A stretch of DNA of 60,985 bases, filler included, from Sphacelaria rigidula (taxonomy: Eukaryota), in assembly GCA_964200075.2 (NCBI GenBank). It is 5 parts of 5 records of this genome, joined end to end, with 100 filler letters (N's around TTAATTAATTAA, not from the genome) between each part and the next. Parts side by side here need not be neighbours in the genome. Positions count along the whole stretch, not along the records: positions 24,437 to 36,554 come from CAXNAA020004107.1; positions 36,655 to 48,770 come from CAXNAA020004108.1; 3 more parts are not named here. One strand, 5' to 3'. The notes under the pieces were generated by a model that did not search any database, was not told the DNA's origin, and saw only the letters and a program-made list of their open reading frames with translations. Of the stretch, positions 25,226 through 36,928 are shown piece by piece (positions within the stretch are counted from its first letter, which is position 1; each line of letters begins with the position of its first letter). The position numbers and the translations under genes are program-made.

Positions 25226-28200
25226 CAAAATTGAGGTGAGGCGGAGCCTGGGAACTATAAATTCGTGTCTAGGCTGGACCATCTCGTACTTCGATAATGA
25301 CGTTGCAGTTTTCTCTTAAACAAAAAAAAAAGTTGAGAGCTCCAAAAGGAATAATATATATATATATATATATGTCGAAAATAGCGGAGGGAAAAGTGTG
25401 AAGTAAATATAACAAAATACGGCGATGCCGGGGCTCGAATCTGCGTCAAAAAATGGTGAACGTGGGCTATAGATACACATCATTTTGTCCCTACCGGCCA
25501 CTTATGTCGGAGCGAAGTGGTACGTTGCTCCTGTTGTAGTGAATGTAGAGGAAAACTGAAAAATAAAAAAGATAATGGTCAACTAAGCATGGTGTTACTG
25601 CTCCTCACCGTCGACCTGGTCGCCGAGACGGCGCATTTGTAATATTATGTCGAGAAGACTACCAGACTAGTGTCACGCGAGTTTGGTGGGCCATGATACG
25701 CACTTTTCATGCATCTGTTTTTCAGGCCATCTCACATAGCACCATATACAAATATAAATCGAAAGGTCCGAGAGTCGCGTCAGCTGCAGAGATTGTCCCT
25801 GGACGCCGCGCTTGTGGTACCTGCCACGACACACTGCCGCGTCATGTGCGAACATCGATTCCTGAGTCACTGGGATATAACCGGACGGAAGCCGTATCAG
25901 AGATACTCGGATTTCGCGTACGGACAGCACGTCTCAGAGGTGGTGTTCGGGTTCGATCTGGGTCGTCCGACGGAAGAGGAGGTGAGAGAGCGTTTGCACT
26001 GTGGTCTCGACACACTAACGCATGTCTCATGTCTTCACCATGTGTACCCACGTTCGCAGCATGCACACAGAATACGAACATCAACCTAAATGTTGCCATC
26101 TATGCTCCCAGGCACCTGCTGAGCCACGAGAGTCGCGAAATGGTGATACAGTAACGCAGCTTGGGGATGTCGTCTGCTTTCGTATCCACCCACCTTCAGG
26201 CCTAAAGAATGCTCGGTTGTCCTGCCTCGCTTGCAAGTTCAAAAGCGTCGTCCCCGCAGTTCACGACATGATCCAATATACCGAGAGTGTCCTTGCGTTG
26301 GACGTAGATTTCGGGCAAACAGATTGCATTCCCAATCCACATGTCCATGGATTAAAAAAAGGATAACACTCTGCGCCAACGCGCCTACAACCCACATCAC
26401 CCTCCGAAGAATTACCGGTTCCTGTGGACAGCCACGAACATCGCCCAGAGTACCATTTTTTTTGCGTTTCTCGCACAGCACCCCTGTCGCGAGGAAGTTC
26501 TCGCTGCCGTAGCCTGGAGCACAGGAAACGCGAACATAAATATTCGCCATGCTCAGAGATGCAAAATACATGCACGCTATTCCATCGTGTAACTAATACC
26601 CGTATCACGTCGGTTGATCATGTCCTGTGCGCGAACCCGCTTTCAACAATCCATGCTACCGAACGCCGCCAACCGATTAGATCACAAATTTGTCTGCCTG
26701 ATGTTGACGACAAACCCGGGCGCCACTTTTGTGAAGATTTTGGCGGCGATCAACGGATGTATCAAGGAGCGCGCAGTGGAGGACACAGTTGAAGAGGGAG
26801 GAAACAGCAACAATCACCTGCTCGATGACGTGCACACGCACATCGGGATAGGGGTGTTTGTATTGGAAGAGCAGCTGCGCTATGTCGAGGTCAGCCTTTA
26901 TAAATAAATCGGATACGGTAACCGTGCATGCGCAAGTGTATTTCAGCTCTCGATGTTGCTCGGGCCAGAATGTGCACTGTACGCTTGGACACGAACTCTG
27001 ACGCACAACTACCTCCACATGCAGTACACGGCGCCGGATTACTAGAGAAGGAATCCTGTCCATAGGGACGTGACTTTGATATCTCGCTGGCGCGCCTCAC
27101 CCTTGATGAGTTTCCTACTAGGTGTACGCCGACCGTTATATGGAGCTACTGGACGTGCCTCCCGAGGTGTCGGCGGCTGCGGCCGATTCGGCTTTCCAGA
27201 TTACTGTGCAAATGCCTTCACCGGATATTGGTCTATATGCCTGCCTCGTATTCCACGACGAGCTGCCGACGGCACTGACTGTAGGAGAGCTTCAACAGCA
27301 ATTCAGTGGACCATATACAGACTTTTCGGCGGACCAGGTGATATGATTATCATTCAAAATGACGCGCACTAAGCACGGAGTTGCACAAGAACGCGCCTAT
27401 GAAGAAAGTGTGCAGTACCGTGGAGAACAATGTGTATATGTACTGATCAAGTTGTTTGTGCCCTGTTGAGATCTTGTACCGCGTCTGCACTGTACGGAGC
27501 TCGGCGGTCTCGAAGTTGAGACGCCCTTCAGAGCAGCATTTCCCGATTCCCCGATTTCTTGTTCAAACGGGTTCATGTGGCGCAATTGAGAAGAAAGTGC
27601 ATGAAAGCGCAGTACAGCACCCTCAATGGGAGGAGATGGTGCTGGTGCTGTCGTCTCTTCATATACCGCCCGAATGTTGCCATCGCTTTAACGCACGTGG
27701 GCACGTGCTGCAGCATGACGTTGTACGGCATACTCATGCCGGCGCTGCTACACCTCGTCCTCAGTCATCAGCTGTACCAGCTGCAGTCGTAACAACATCC
27801 TTGATGTATTCGATGGTAGACCGTTTTCAGGTTTCCCAGACTCGGAAAATGACGCATATCACCAAGCGTTTGCGGTAAGCGAGATAGTAAAAAACGAGGA
27901 AATCGTGAGATCGTGAAAGGGTATCTCGAGCAGGGCTTACACATGGTTGTCGTTCTTCGAATCAACTACACTCACAGCTTGCATATAATGTGAAGACGGA
28001 GCATACACTTTCGTATCCTGAGCGCCAATGATAAGACGCCGCACCAGTGCACCACGTCGTCTCACTGGCACATTTTTGCGTTCAACACATTTTCTCATGT
28101 TCCGTCGACCAATCCAAAGGTCGGGATTGTGTGGCCATGGCAAATGGAGCTCCTGGATGACGGAGTGGTCGACATCCCGATCCCGGTTTCCCCCGATAAG

Positions 28201-29569
28201 CCCGGTACTTTTTACGTTCAGGTCCTCGTTTGCAATGATCCCAGCTTGATTCCCTACGATGCAGAGCCCATCGGCGGGTTGCCGTTGCCTGGTACCAGCT
28301 TCTGTGGTGGGGCGGTGGTGCTGAGGGCCCCCGATGAACAATCCACCAATCTTGGGTGAGCTCGCTGATAAAAGCTTACGCAACTGTGATGGGGTCCGTG
28401 ACCAGAACCGTTGTGGCGCTATGAAGGGCGCAAGGTCGACCCACACAGACGTTAGCATGTCGCGTACACAGAGCGCCGATGCCAAAACTCCTGCCCATCG
28501 GCTGTCTTTTTGGTATGGGCGAATCAGACGAAACATGCATCACACTTGCTGTCCGATTGGTGTTGGAGTTTTAGGATACACTCAATTGCGTAGGAGAAAG
28601 CTACTTCACCACGTCGGATTTTGTTGCCGTTACTTTTTTCTCCCAGTATATCTGAACTGGGAATGGACGGATCTCCGGTAGAAAGGAGTAATGACACACT
28701 GGAGGAACGGGAGGCGAGATTAATGGCTTCCACAACCGCTCTCCGCCGTGATTTCGCCCCGATAGTCAGGGTCCGAGTGGTTCAAGAGATGGGCGCAATC
28801 AGGCTGCAGGTACTCGAATCACTTGAAGAATCTCGAGAAGAATTCTCGATAGATATGCGGCGCCTCGTCTAGAGCATGAGACGTATCCAGAGGATAGCTG
28901 TAGCACGTGGAACCCTCGATGATTTGGAGCCTTGATTTTCTAGGATGCTACTGTCGATACCTCGCTCATCTGTATTTTGGCTTAATAAAATACATCTGAC
29001 CAACTGCGTATGGAGGAATGCATATTATCTGATTTCACTTTACACTCAATCGGGTTTGGTTTCCAAACGCTTCGGTGGTTGACTGGCAGGACGACGGCTA
29101 CGAGCAAGCCATTTTCATCCCGTCAGAGAGATCAGAGGACATGGCTCAGCTAAATCTCGGGGTGCAGTTTCTTCGACTGGGAACATGGGATGATGCCTCG
29201 TCGGTAAGGTATTTACGCTCTTGGGGTACATTGATACGTAGCTATGAATTACATCTCTGCTATCTTCAGCGTATATTTCACAAAGGTTTAGCCAGCACAA
29301 ACATCAAACGAGGCGGGAACTGAGCTGAGCATTTACACAATACTGTATTAACACGAGTACGAAGTTAGGAAGTTCACTGCACACAACTCTGTGCAACCTG
29401 TGCAACCTGTGCATCCAAGGCGTAGGATGCTGCGATGACCGCAATTCTGTAGCAAGTCTCATTCGGCCTCCTCCAACCACATTGCCACCAACGCATGTCA
29501 GGAACACTCATCTCCCCGCCCCTTTTGAAGAAGACTTGGCGTTTCGCCGGGCGTTAACTTTGAAAGCAG

Positions 29570-32500
29570 GTGCGGTGTAGCGAACAAACCTCTCTCATGA
29601 ATGAAGTCTCACCTGGTACGACCGCGGAGGGTGAGACTAAAGAGGCGGGGAACACGGGGGAGCAGGAATCCACCGTCGAACAATCGAAAGACACAGAACC
29701 TCAAGTCGAGGAACCTCCCTCATCTACCGAACCTCCGGTAGACGGCGACGTCGGCAGGATACCAGACTCCACCGGAGATAGTGCTGAAGCAAAAATACCA
29801 GGCGACGCTGATACAGAGGGAAAATTTGCTGAAGCGGGGGACACAAATGATCAGGCCGCGGCGGGTGAAGGAGGGGAGGGCAAGGGTGCGCCGAGCGCAG
29901 ATGAAACGGCGGTTGCTACACCAGAACCGGACGTGAACGCACCGCCGTTGGTCCTTACGGAAATTGTCGTCGTCAAATTCGGCGAGGGTGAAAACGTGTG
30001 TACACGCGAAAACCATCATTACTAGCCAGATGTTTCCAACTGTATCATCGACTAAGAAGTAAGCCACAGGAATACGACTGAAGAGAGTGCTTTGCTGAGA
30101 TCGGAAATATGTGTCGATTGACCGCAGGGCGGCACGCGCATGCTTTCTCGGGTTGATGAATGTACTCGTGAGTGTTTCGGAAATGCGTTGACGAACCCAC
30201 GACGCGTGGATCTAGATCTGGTCTTGTCCTTTCGATTGTTATACCACCGACGCAGTTTTTGGTGCCGATATATATGAACCCCATTGAACAGATCAGACCA
30301 CCAGACGGCTTTGAGCTACTGCCCGGTGACTTGGCAAGTTCGGAAGAGTTCACAAATGAAGTCTTTTCAGAAGCGGGGATCACCGACCAGGCTGGAGGGG
30401 AGGGCGAGGGCGACAACAAACCCAACGACGAGGAAGTAGCGGAGGGAGTAGAAAACACCTCGACAAAATGCTCAACAGGGGGGGATATGGTCTTCCTCTG
30501 CGTCAAGGCAAGCTTTCTCGTGAAATGATCGTTCATCGCCACGATAATTTTTTATGTTCCTTGGGGTTAAACAAATGGTTGCCTCCTCTTCATCGTTCAT
30601 CCCGTACATGGCGGTGAGATTGCCCAGACTCCTGCAAGGCATGTTACTTCCACCCCAAAATTATTCAGCGCGGAATCCAAGCATCATAGTTCACTCTGAA
30701 GCGCAGCACCTTTGATCCCGCGAGTCGTCCACCTGCACCGCCTCACAGTACGTTACGCTAGTCTCACTCGCCTCCGACACTTCGAAGACAAGCAAAGATG
30801 CACGTGCATATCATTATTGGTTTTCATGAAGTGCTCTCAATCAACAAGTGGGGATAGACGCTATGGACACCTCCGCAATACCGCCCTGTCGCTTGCCGCT
30901 GCACTCCATATCGCAGAGGATGCCCTATACGGACGGAGTATCTCCTGTAACGGACCTCGCCATGGTATACGGCACAGAGGGGTTCCAGATGGGTTGGGGT
31001 TTTGTTACCACCCCCATGCCGCAGGTACATATATATATATTTATGTGTATATATCCTAGATTTCATCACTATTCGAGGTGGTGTACGATAAGTTCAGCTC
31101 TTTGTGTGCTATTAATAGTACGTGTGATGAGACCAGAAACAACGTAGTTTCATTTCCTTCAGATCAATCACATCCACGCCTTTAACATCGCGGTAAACTG
31201 TACTTATCCTGCCTTCCACTGACGGAATGTGCTTTGAATGGTCGAAAACAACCAGCGTCGATCGAGTGACCAATCAAACTGCTGAACTGCGTCACGCCCA
31301 TCTTATCCTTTTTGCGGACACGTGCTCACAGGTCGTCAATGACCTTTACGGGTGTGTGGTACACCTGTGCCACAAGAAGGCCAGGGCTTCGCTAGCCGTA
31401 ATCGAGCAAATGGCGGAGCGGGTGGCCGAAAAAAGCGCCAGACAGGTTGGTTCTGACGGAGAAGGACAACCTCACTTTGAATTCAATATGACGATGGATG
31501 CACACATACATCTCCGAAGTGAAGTTTTGTCACAGGGCGTGGATTCCCGAGGCTCTGTACAGTATGCTTCTACGCACGCCTGTATAGTATCGATCATAAT
31601 CATTCTCTTCACACGTTGCATGAAATCAGCGACGAGCTAGACACCAGGCTACTAAGATTGTATTCATATACAATTTTTCAGCCTCCTGCCTATCTATCTA
31701 CTGAAGCATCGCCGAAAGCGCACGCTACGTTGTGGACGGTGTGTGTTTCATGACAGATCCAACAACACCTCGGCATCGGAGGAGATGAGGGGCAGGATAG
31801 TGCTGCCGCAGGAGAGGACGAAGCCTACGATGTCGACACCACCATGACCCAAGCACAGGTGCACGTCCGCAGGGGTAATTTTCACGCCATCCGCTCACAT
31901 GATGAAGGGCCCAAATCTGCCCGTCAGCGAAACTTCAACTGTAATAGGAAAAATAGCTTATATACACGTCCTGAACGTACGCGAGTGATTCATGCTCGCA
32001 GTATGTATGTTATGGTCAACCAACGCAAGCTGCGTTTCTGATACTTTGTACGTTAAATTCGCCGTGCTGCGTGTCTATCTGATTTTTCTTGCCTTAATGT
32101 GCTCCATGCGTCTATTTTGCTCGTGGAGGCTACAGATGATTGAGTGGGAGGAAAAGCGGAACAGAGAGGCCGAGGCGAGGGCCGAACAGCGAGAACAGGT
32201 ACGGAACATGTTCAGGGCGGAATCGCCGAGATGATAGCATTCGTACACCACGCGCACGTAGTGAGACATCTTTCAACGTTGCTGTCCTTTTTCAAGTCCA
32301 TTATGGTGTAGAAAACACTCGTGCCCGCACCATTTTGTCTTCTGTGCCTCCTGCATTTTTTCATGTTGTCGTACATTCGTTTCTCGACGATATAATAATT
32401 CCCCCCACAGCGTGCGAAATTTGCAAACGCCTTTTCTTGTAAGTTCTTCAGCATAACTAGTGTCATTTATCAAGATTTAGAGTTAGTTGACTGTTCATGA

Positions 32501-35500
32501 TTTCAATTCTCAATCAGAAAATACCCACCTGCGTTTCCATAGGCTGTACCGGCCGTTCGGCGGACAACGTGTTTCGGTTTGCGGATAAAGCACGACGAAA
32601 CTTGGAGGTACTATAAGCACTCGCCAGTTGGTTGATCCTGTAGGAACTAATATCTTCTTGACCCTGTGAGCAACTTGGTGGTCGAGTAGTGACAAACTAT
32701 CACCTTAAAAATGAGAGATCTACCCCCCTTGTCGCGAACAAACGGGGACATTGATGGGACTTCTCTTAGCTGACTCTCTACACCCAAGCTTTTGCCCGGG
32801 TTTGAACAGCAGAAGTAGTCGTAAGCGTACGCATTTCGACTCATATATGTTTTCAGGTTATGTTCTGTAGTATATACCATATCCGGAAGGGAGGATTTTC
32901 AGTTGGCATGCTAAACCATCCCGAAATGTGCACTGAACACTTTGTTATGCTCCAGCAGGGTATCGAGCCATGTTCAGAACGCTCCGGTACGGTCCAGAAG
33001 GGTGTTGACCGACAACATCCCTTTTTTTTTAATCTCTTCTGTAAATACCTTAACTTCAGCCGGTATACCCTACAGAACACGAACTTGTAGTTGTATACTC
33101 CGTGAGGATGCCCCGGTTCCTTGAAGTTTGAAGTCCGATATGGGTCATCAGAGTTGAACCTGTCATTTATGTTCACGATAGTGCTTTGGGGGCATTCTGC
33201 GCTACCGTTTGTTGTACCCTCGCGGCAAGCGCTCATAAACTCAAGGTTCAGTTGCTGTCACCTTTGTCAAGAAATATCAAGGCTATTGTATAGTACGATG
33301 TCATAATGTTACCAGCCAGGTTTGACGATCGCGTTTTCACACCCGCATTGCTTCCCCAAATTCCGTTCGACATGCTTCGTGGGCACTAACACTGCAGGTA
33401 GAGAGGGACCGGAGGCGCAAAGAAGCGGCCGAGGCTGTGCAGCGGAGGATCGCCGAGGCGCTCAAGGAAAAAGAAAAGCTTTTAAAGGTAGTCTGAGGGG
33501 AGTTGGAAGACAAAGGGCACATACTGGATTCATTTTTGTCTCGCTGAACTCGCTACCGCGTGAAAAAAACAAAAAAGCGGTCCCGGACACTTGTAGAGTT
33601 GTGTCATAGTGACCATTGGGGTCATTTGCAAGGGAATGGGCAGAGGAGCGTGGAATTTGTCCGGCAATGGCATCGTCCGTTTGCTAGCTGGCTCTTGGCA
33701 CAACGCGGGCAGAAAGCTCATACGCCTCCAACAATTTGGCCACTAAGATACGATATTTTTGATGACTTGACCTGACCTGCTTCTTGCACTTGGTCCTCAT
33801 GTTAATGTCGTTGTGCTGCTGAGCTGTCGTGCTGCTGTGCTGTTGTGCGGCGTTGTGTCGTTGTTCAACGCTGACAGACAAACGCCGAGTGGCAAAAGAA
33901 GATCGCGGCTTTGATGTTGACACAACAAAAGACTCGAGAGGAGGCCAGAACAGAACATGGCGGGAGGGGGGTGGAGAAGGAGACCATTCCTGCTCACGAG
34001 AGCGAGAAACACTATGCGGAGTGCCTGGCCGCCATCGTTAATTGCCGTGAACGCTTGCAGGAGCAGCAGGTGCGCTACGCGAACGTCTTGATCGAACATC
34101 CCAGACAGCCTGTAATATAGTGGCAAGCGGTCGTGTGCAGCGCCGTGCTTAACGCGGGGTCGGGGTCGGGGTCGGGCATACTTGCTCACGTTTTGACGAT
34201 ACACTGGAGCCAGCTCACCTCGCATGCTACCATCGGTCATCGGTCCATCCTCTTCGGGATAGGCGGAGTACGACACCGTGGCAATAGCACTCCAGACCCG
34301 GCTTGACGAGAAGGAGTATAAGTCGCGAGAGATCGCCGAGTCCTTCCGAGACTTCAAGAGAGAGGTGAGAGGTGGGAAAATCAATCAACCCACTTCATGC
34401 ATTCAGCCTTTTCGGTTTAGCTTCGCATAGAGTTTTCTTTGATCGAGCCGAAACCAGTACAAACCCAAGGCTTTGGCGAGAGAACCCATGGTCAGACGGC
34501 TTTGCGTGGAAGCGCGTGTAGTACGCAGCGGCTCTATGCACTCACGCACCTTTTATAGGACCGCGGTAAGGGCCGCTTCGAGCTGTCGATGTCACATGTC
34601 GGTAGTGTGTGTTGGTATGCTCACAACACAATAGTGCCATAATGCACGTGTCTGAGCGTCTAAACGTGCTGTCACAACCGCATTTCTGCAGACCCCAGTA
34701 TGTACGCTGCCTTCATCTCTGAACGTCGTCGCTAACGGCCCTTTCAATCGATCGCGATGAAGGTGGTGTGGGGACAGGGACTCCTCCTGTCAAGCAAGAG
34801 TGACGCCCTTACCATAGGTTGTTTGATTGGATTTGATGTGTAGCTGTACACCCTCAAGTGACTGCTTGAGGCTGGCCTTGGTGGATGTTAAGCTATCGAG
34901 CTAGCTGTTCACTACTGTGTAAGACGGACAATACTAATGCTGAAAAAGGATGCTTAGGCGGTCAACAAAGACTTCTAGGGATAATGGACCGCTGAAGTCT
35001 AGACGAGGAAGTATAGCTATGGGGGGTAAGAGAGTGGGCTTGCGAGGTAGTCGTCAGTTTTCTCGTGTCATTTTGGTCGTACCGTTGTATCTTGACCACG
35101 TTGCTATTTCAAACTCCTAAACTCCGCTGTAATAGACCACTCGTGCGGACGCTTCTTCCTATCCCTGTTTTCCCCGCAAGAACGTTCTTTGGGATGGAGA
35201 ATCTCACTCCGAACCGTAGGGGCTACTCTGCAACAAACCAAGCAGAGAACACACCCTGCTGTGCTATGTTCCTGAGTATGCCTAGACACAATAGATCATG
35301 CAATGCATATCCCTGGCGTACTGTACTTGACCCTCGGCTGCTTGTATCTCGGCGATATGTGTTGGGGCGGTACCGAGCAGATTGCGAGGACAGCAGAGCA
35401 CAGCCGCACAGGAAAATCCATTCCTAAAGGAGTAATAACGCAGTTCGAGATCGCTGAAGCTAAAAAGGATGAGGAAATCGAAAAGGTACGAAGTACGCGG

Positions 35501-35687
35501 TAAAGTGGGGAACGGTAATGTGTGCCGTCCTTGCAAAAAACGCGGGGTTTTTGATGAACGAACCTGCATCACCAGGCAGCGGGTGCTCCTTTTTGGTATT
35601 GCAGGTGCGATTGAAAAACATCAACCTCCGGATGATGCTTAAGAAGGTGGAGAACAATCTCCGGGCGAAGGAGCAACTGGCCGAAGG
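29570..35687 (+). CDS. CCDC96: CCDC96/CFAP184 (DUF4201 family) cilia/flagella coiled-coil protein with N-terminal MABP-like repeats; 3'-partial. Exons 29570(ATG 29597)-29995, 30292-30507, 30917-31024, 31332-31445, 31757-31858, 32136-32198, 33398-33487, 33878-34069, 34263-34364, 35381-35485, 35605-35687
   Basis: All exons splice in frame (GT-AG, one GC-AG). The C-terminal exons give AEYDTVAIALQTRLDEKEYKSREIAESFRDFKRE|IARTAEHSRTGKSIPK...KKDEEIEK|VRLKNINLRMMLKKVENNLRAKEQLAEG, matching the CCDC96 motifs SRTGK.IP and VRL.NI.L...KE.LAEG(LHLIDFEQLK). The remainder is missing at the contig end. Confidence 0.88.
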
Positions 35688-36554
35688 GTGAGAAGCGAGA
35701 GTGCGCATGTTTGTCGCGACCCCTTTCGAGTCAGACGAAGGACATTATATACTGCAAAAATACGATCTTATCCCGAAAACGGAGGGAGCTCCGCTCTAAA
35801 CCCAAGAAGTAAGGCAAGACACGAACATCTACGTTGAGGTGGAGTCAAGACTCACAGGGTGCGTGTTACAGAACAGCAAAGGACGTAGTAAGGACACGCG
35901 TTGCGTTTATAGAATTGACAGCGGTTGGCCACGACCCGGTGGAAAGAACTGGTGGGATAACATAAAAAAAGGAGAGATAGGCAGAGTTACGGAATGGCCT
36001 GAGCACCACCCCACATCGCCTAAAAGGGGGGGGAAACACATCAGATATCATGTAACGACTATTAACGTACAATAGGCCGATCCTGCAGCGAACTAGCTGC
36101 CTTTCAGGATGCTTTCAGACATTTACGAAACAATATTTTCTGAGTCGCGTGTGACGACATCTTCGTCAGTAACATTTGCAACCTGCAAGAAAACGTTTTC
36201 TCTGAGGAGAGCTAACGGTCATCAGGACATCGAACTCCTCGTGAGCTTACCCCCACATACACATACACACATTTGCCCCGATTCAAGTGGCCCAAGTCCT
36301 TCAATTGTGCACGTCGTAACACATATTTTTTCCATTTGTTTTTCATGATATTTGGCCGTAACACGCTAATGGCCAAGCTTCGACTAGGTGCAATATCGAT
36401 GTAAAAAGCTCTAGATTTACAGCGTATGAGTTGTGTCCGAACTATGTCGAATGAACTCGCTTTTTGGCCCAAAACATGTGCGGGGGGGGGGGGGGGGGAT
36501 TGTCCAAATTTTTTTCTTTAATAGTCAAATAATACACTCGCCATTCACCCCTAC

Positions 36555-36654
36555 NNNNNNNNNNNNNNNNNNNNNNNNNNNNNNNNNNNNNNNNNNNNTT
36601 AATTAATTAANNNNNNNNNNNNNNNNNNNNNNNNNNNNNNNNNNNNNNNNNNNN
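36555..36654. other. Artificial contig linker
   Basis: N..TTAATTAATTAA..N, 100 nt. Confidence 0.97.
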
Positions 36655-36741
36655 CCTTCACAAAAGAAAGCGACGCACAAAGAAAAAAAACAAGAAAAAA
36701 AAAAAAAAAAAAAACCCCCCCCCCCCCCCCCCCCCCGCCAC

Positions 36742-36885
36742 CTGCTCATATGTTCGCACCGAAAGAGCAGTGGCCTGCCCTGCCGTGGTTCCCTTGGGAG
36801 AAGCTGCAGGGTCTACTCCCTCCTCGGCCCCGTCGCAGTCCAACAACAAACAGCCATCGCAAGCAGCGGCGGCCACGCCTATCAT

Positions 36886-36928
<43 letters not shown>

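Noticed and set aside
35605-36878. Convergent CCDC96 and SEY1-like gene pair
   Set aside because: They are separated by an artificial linker and lie on different contigs.
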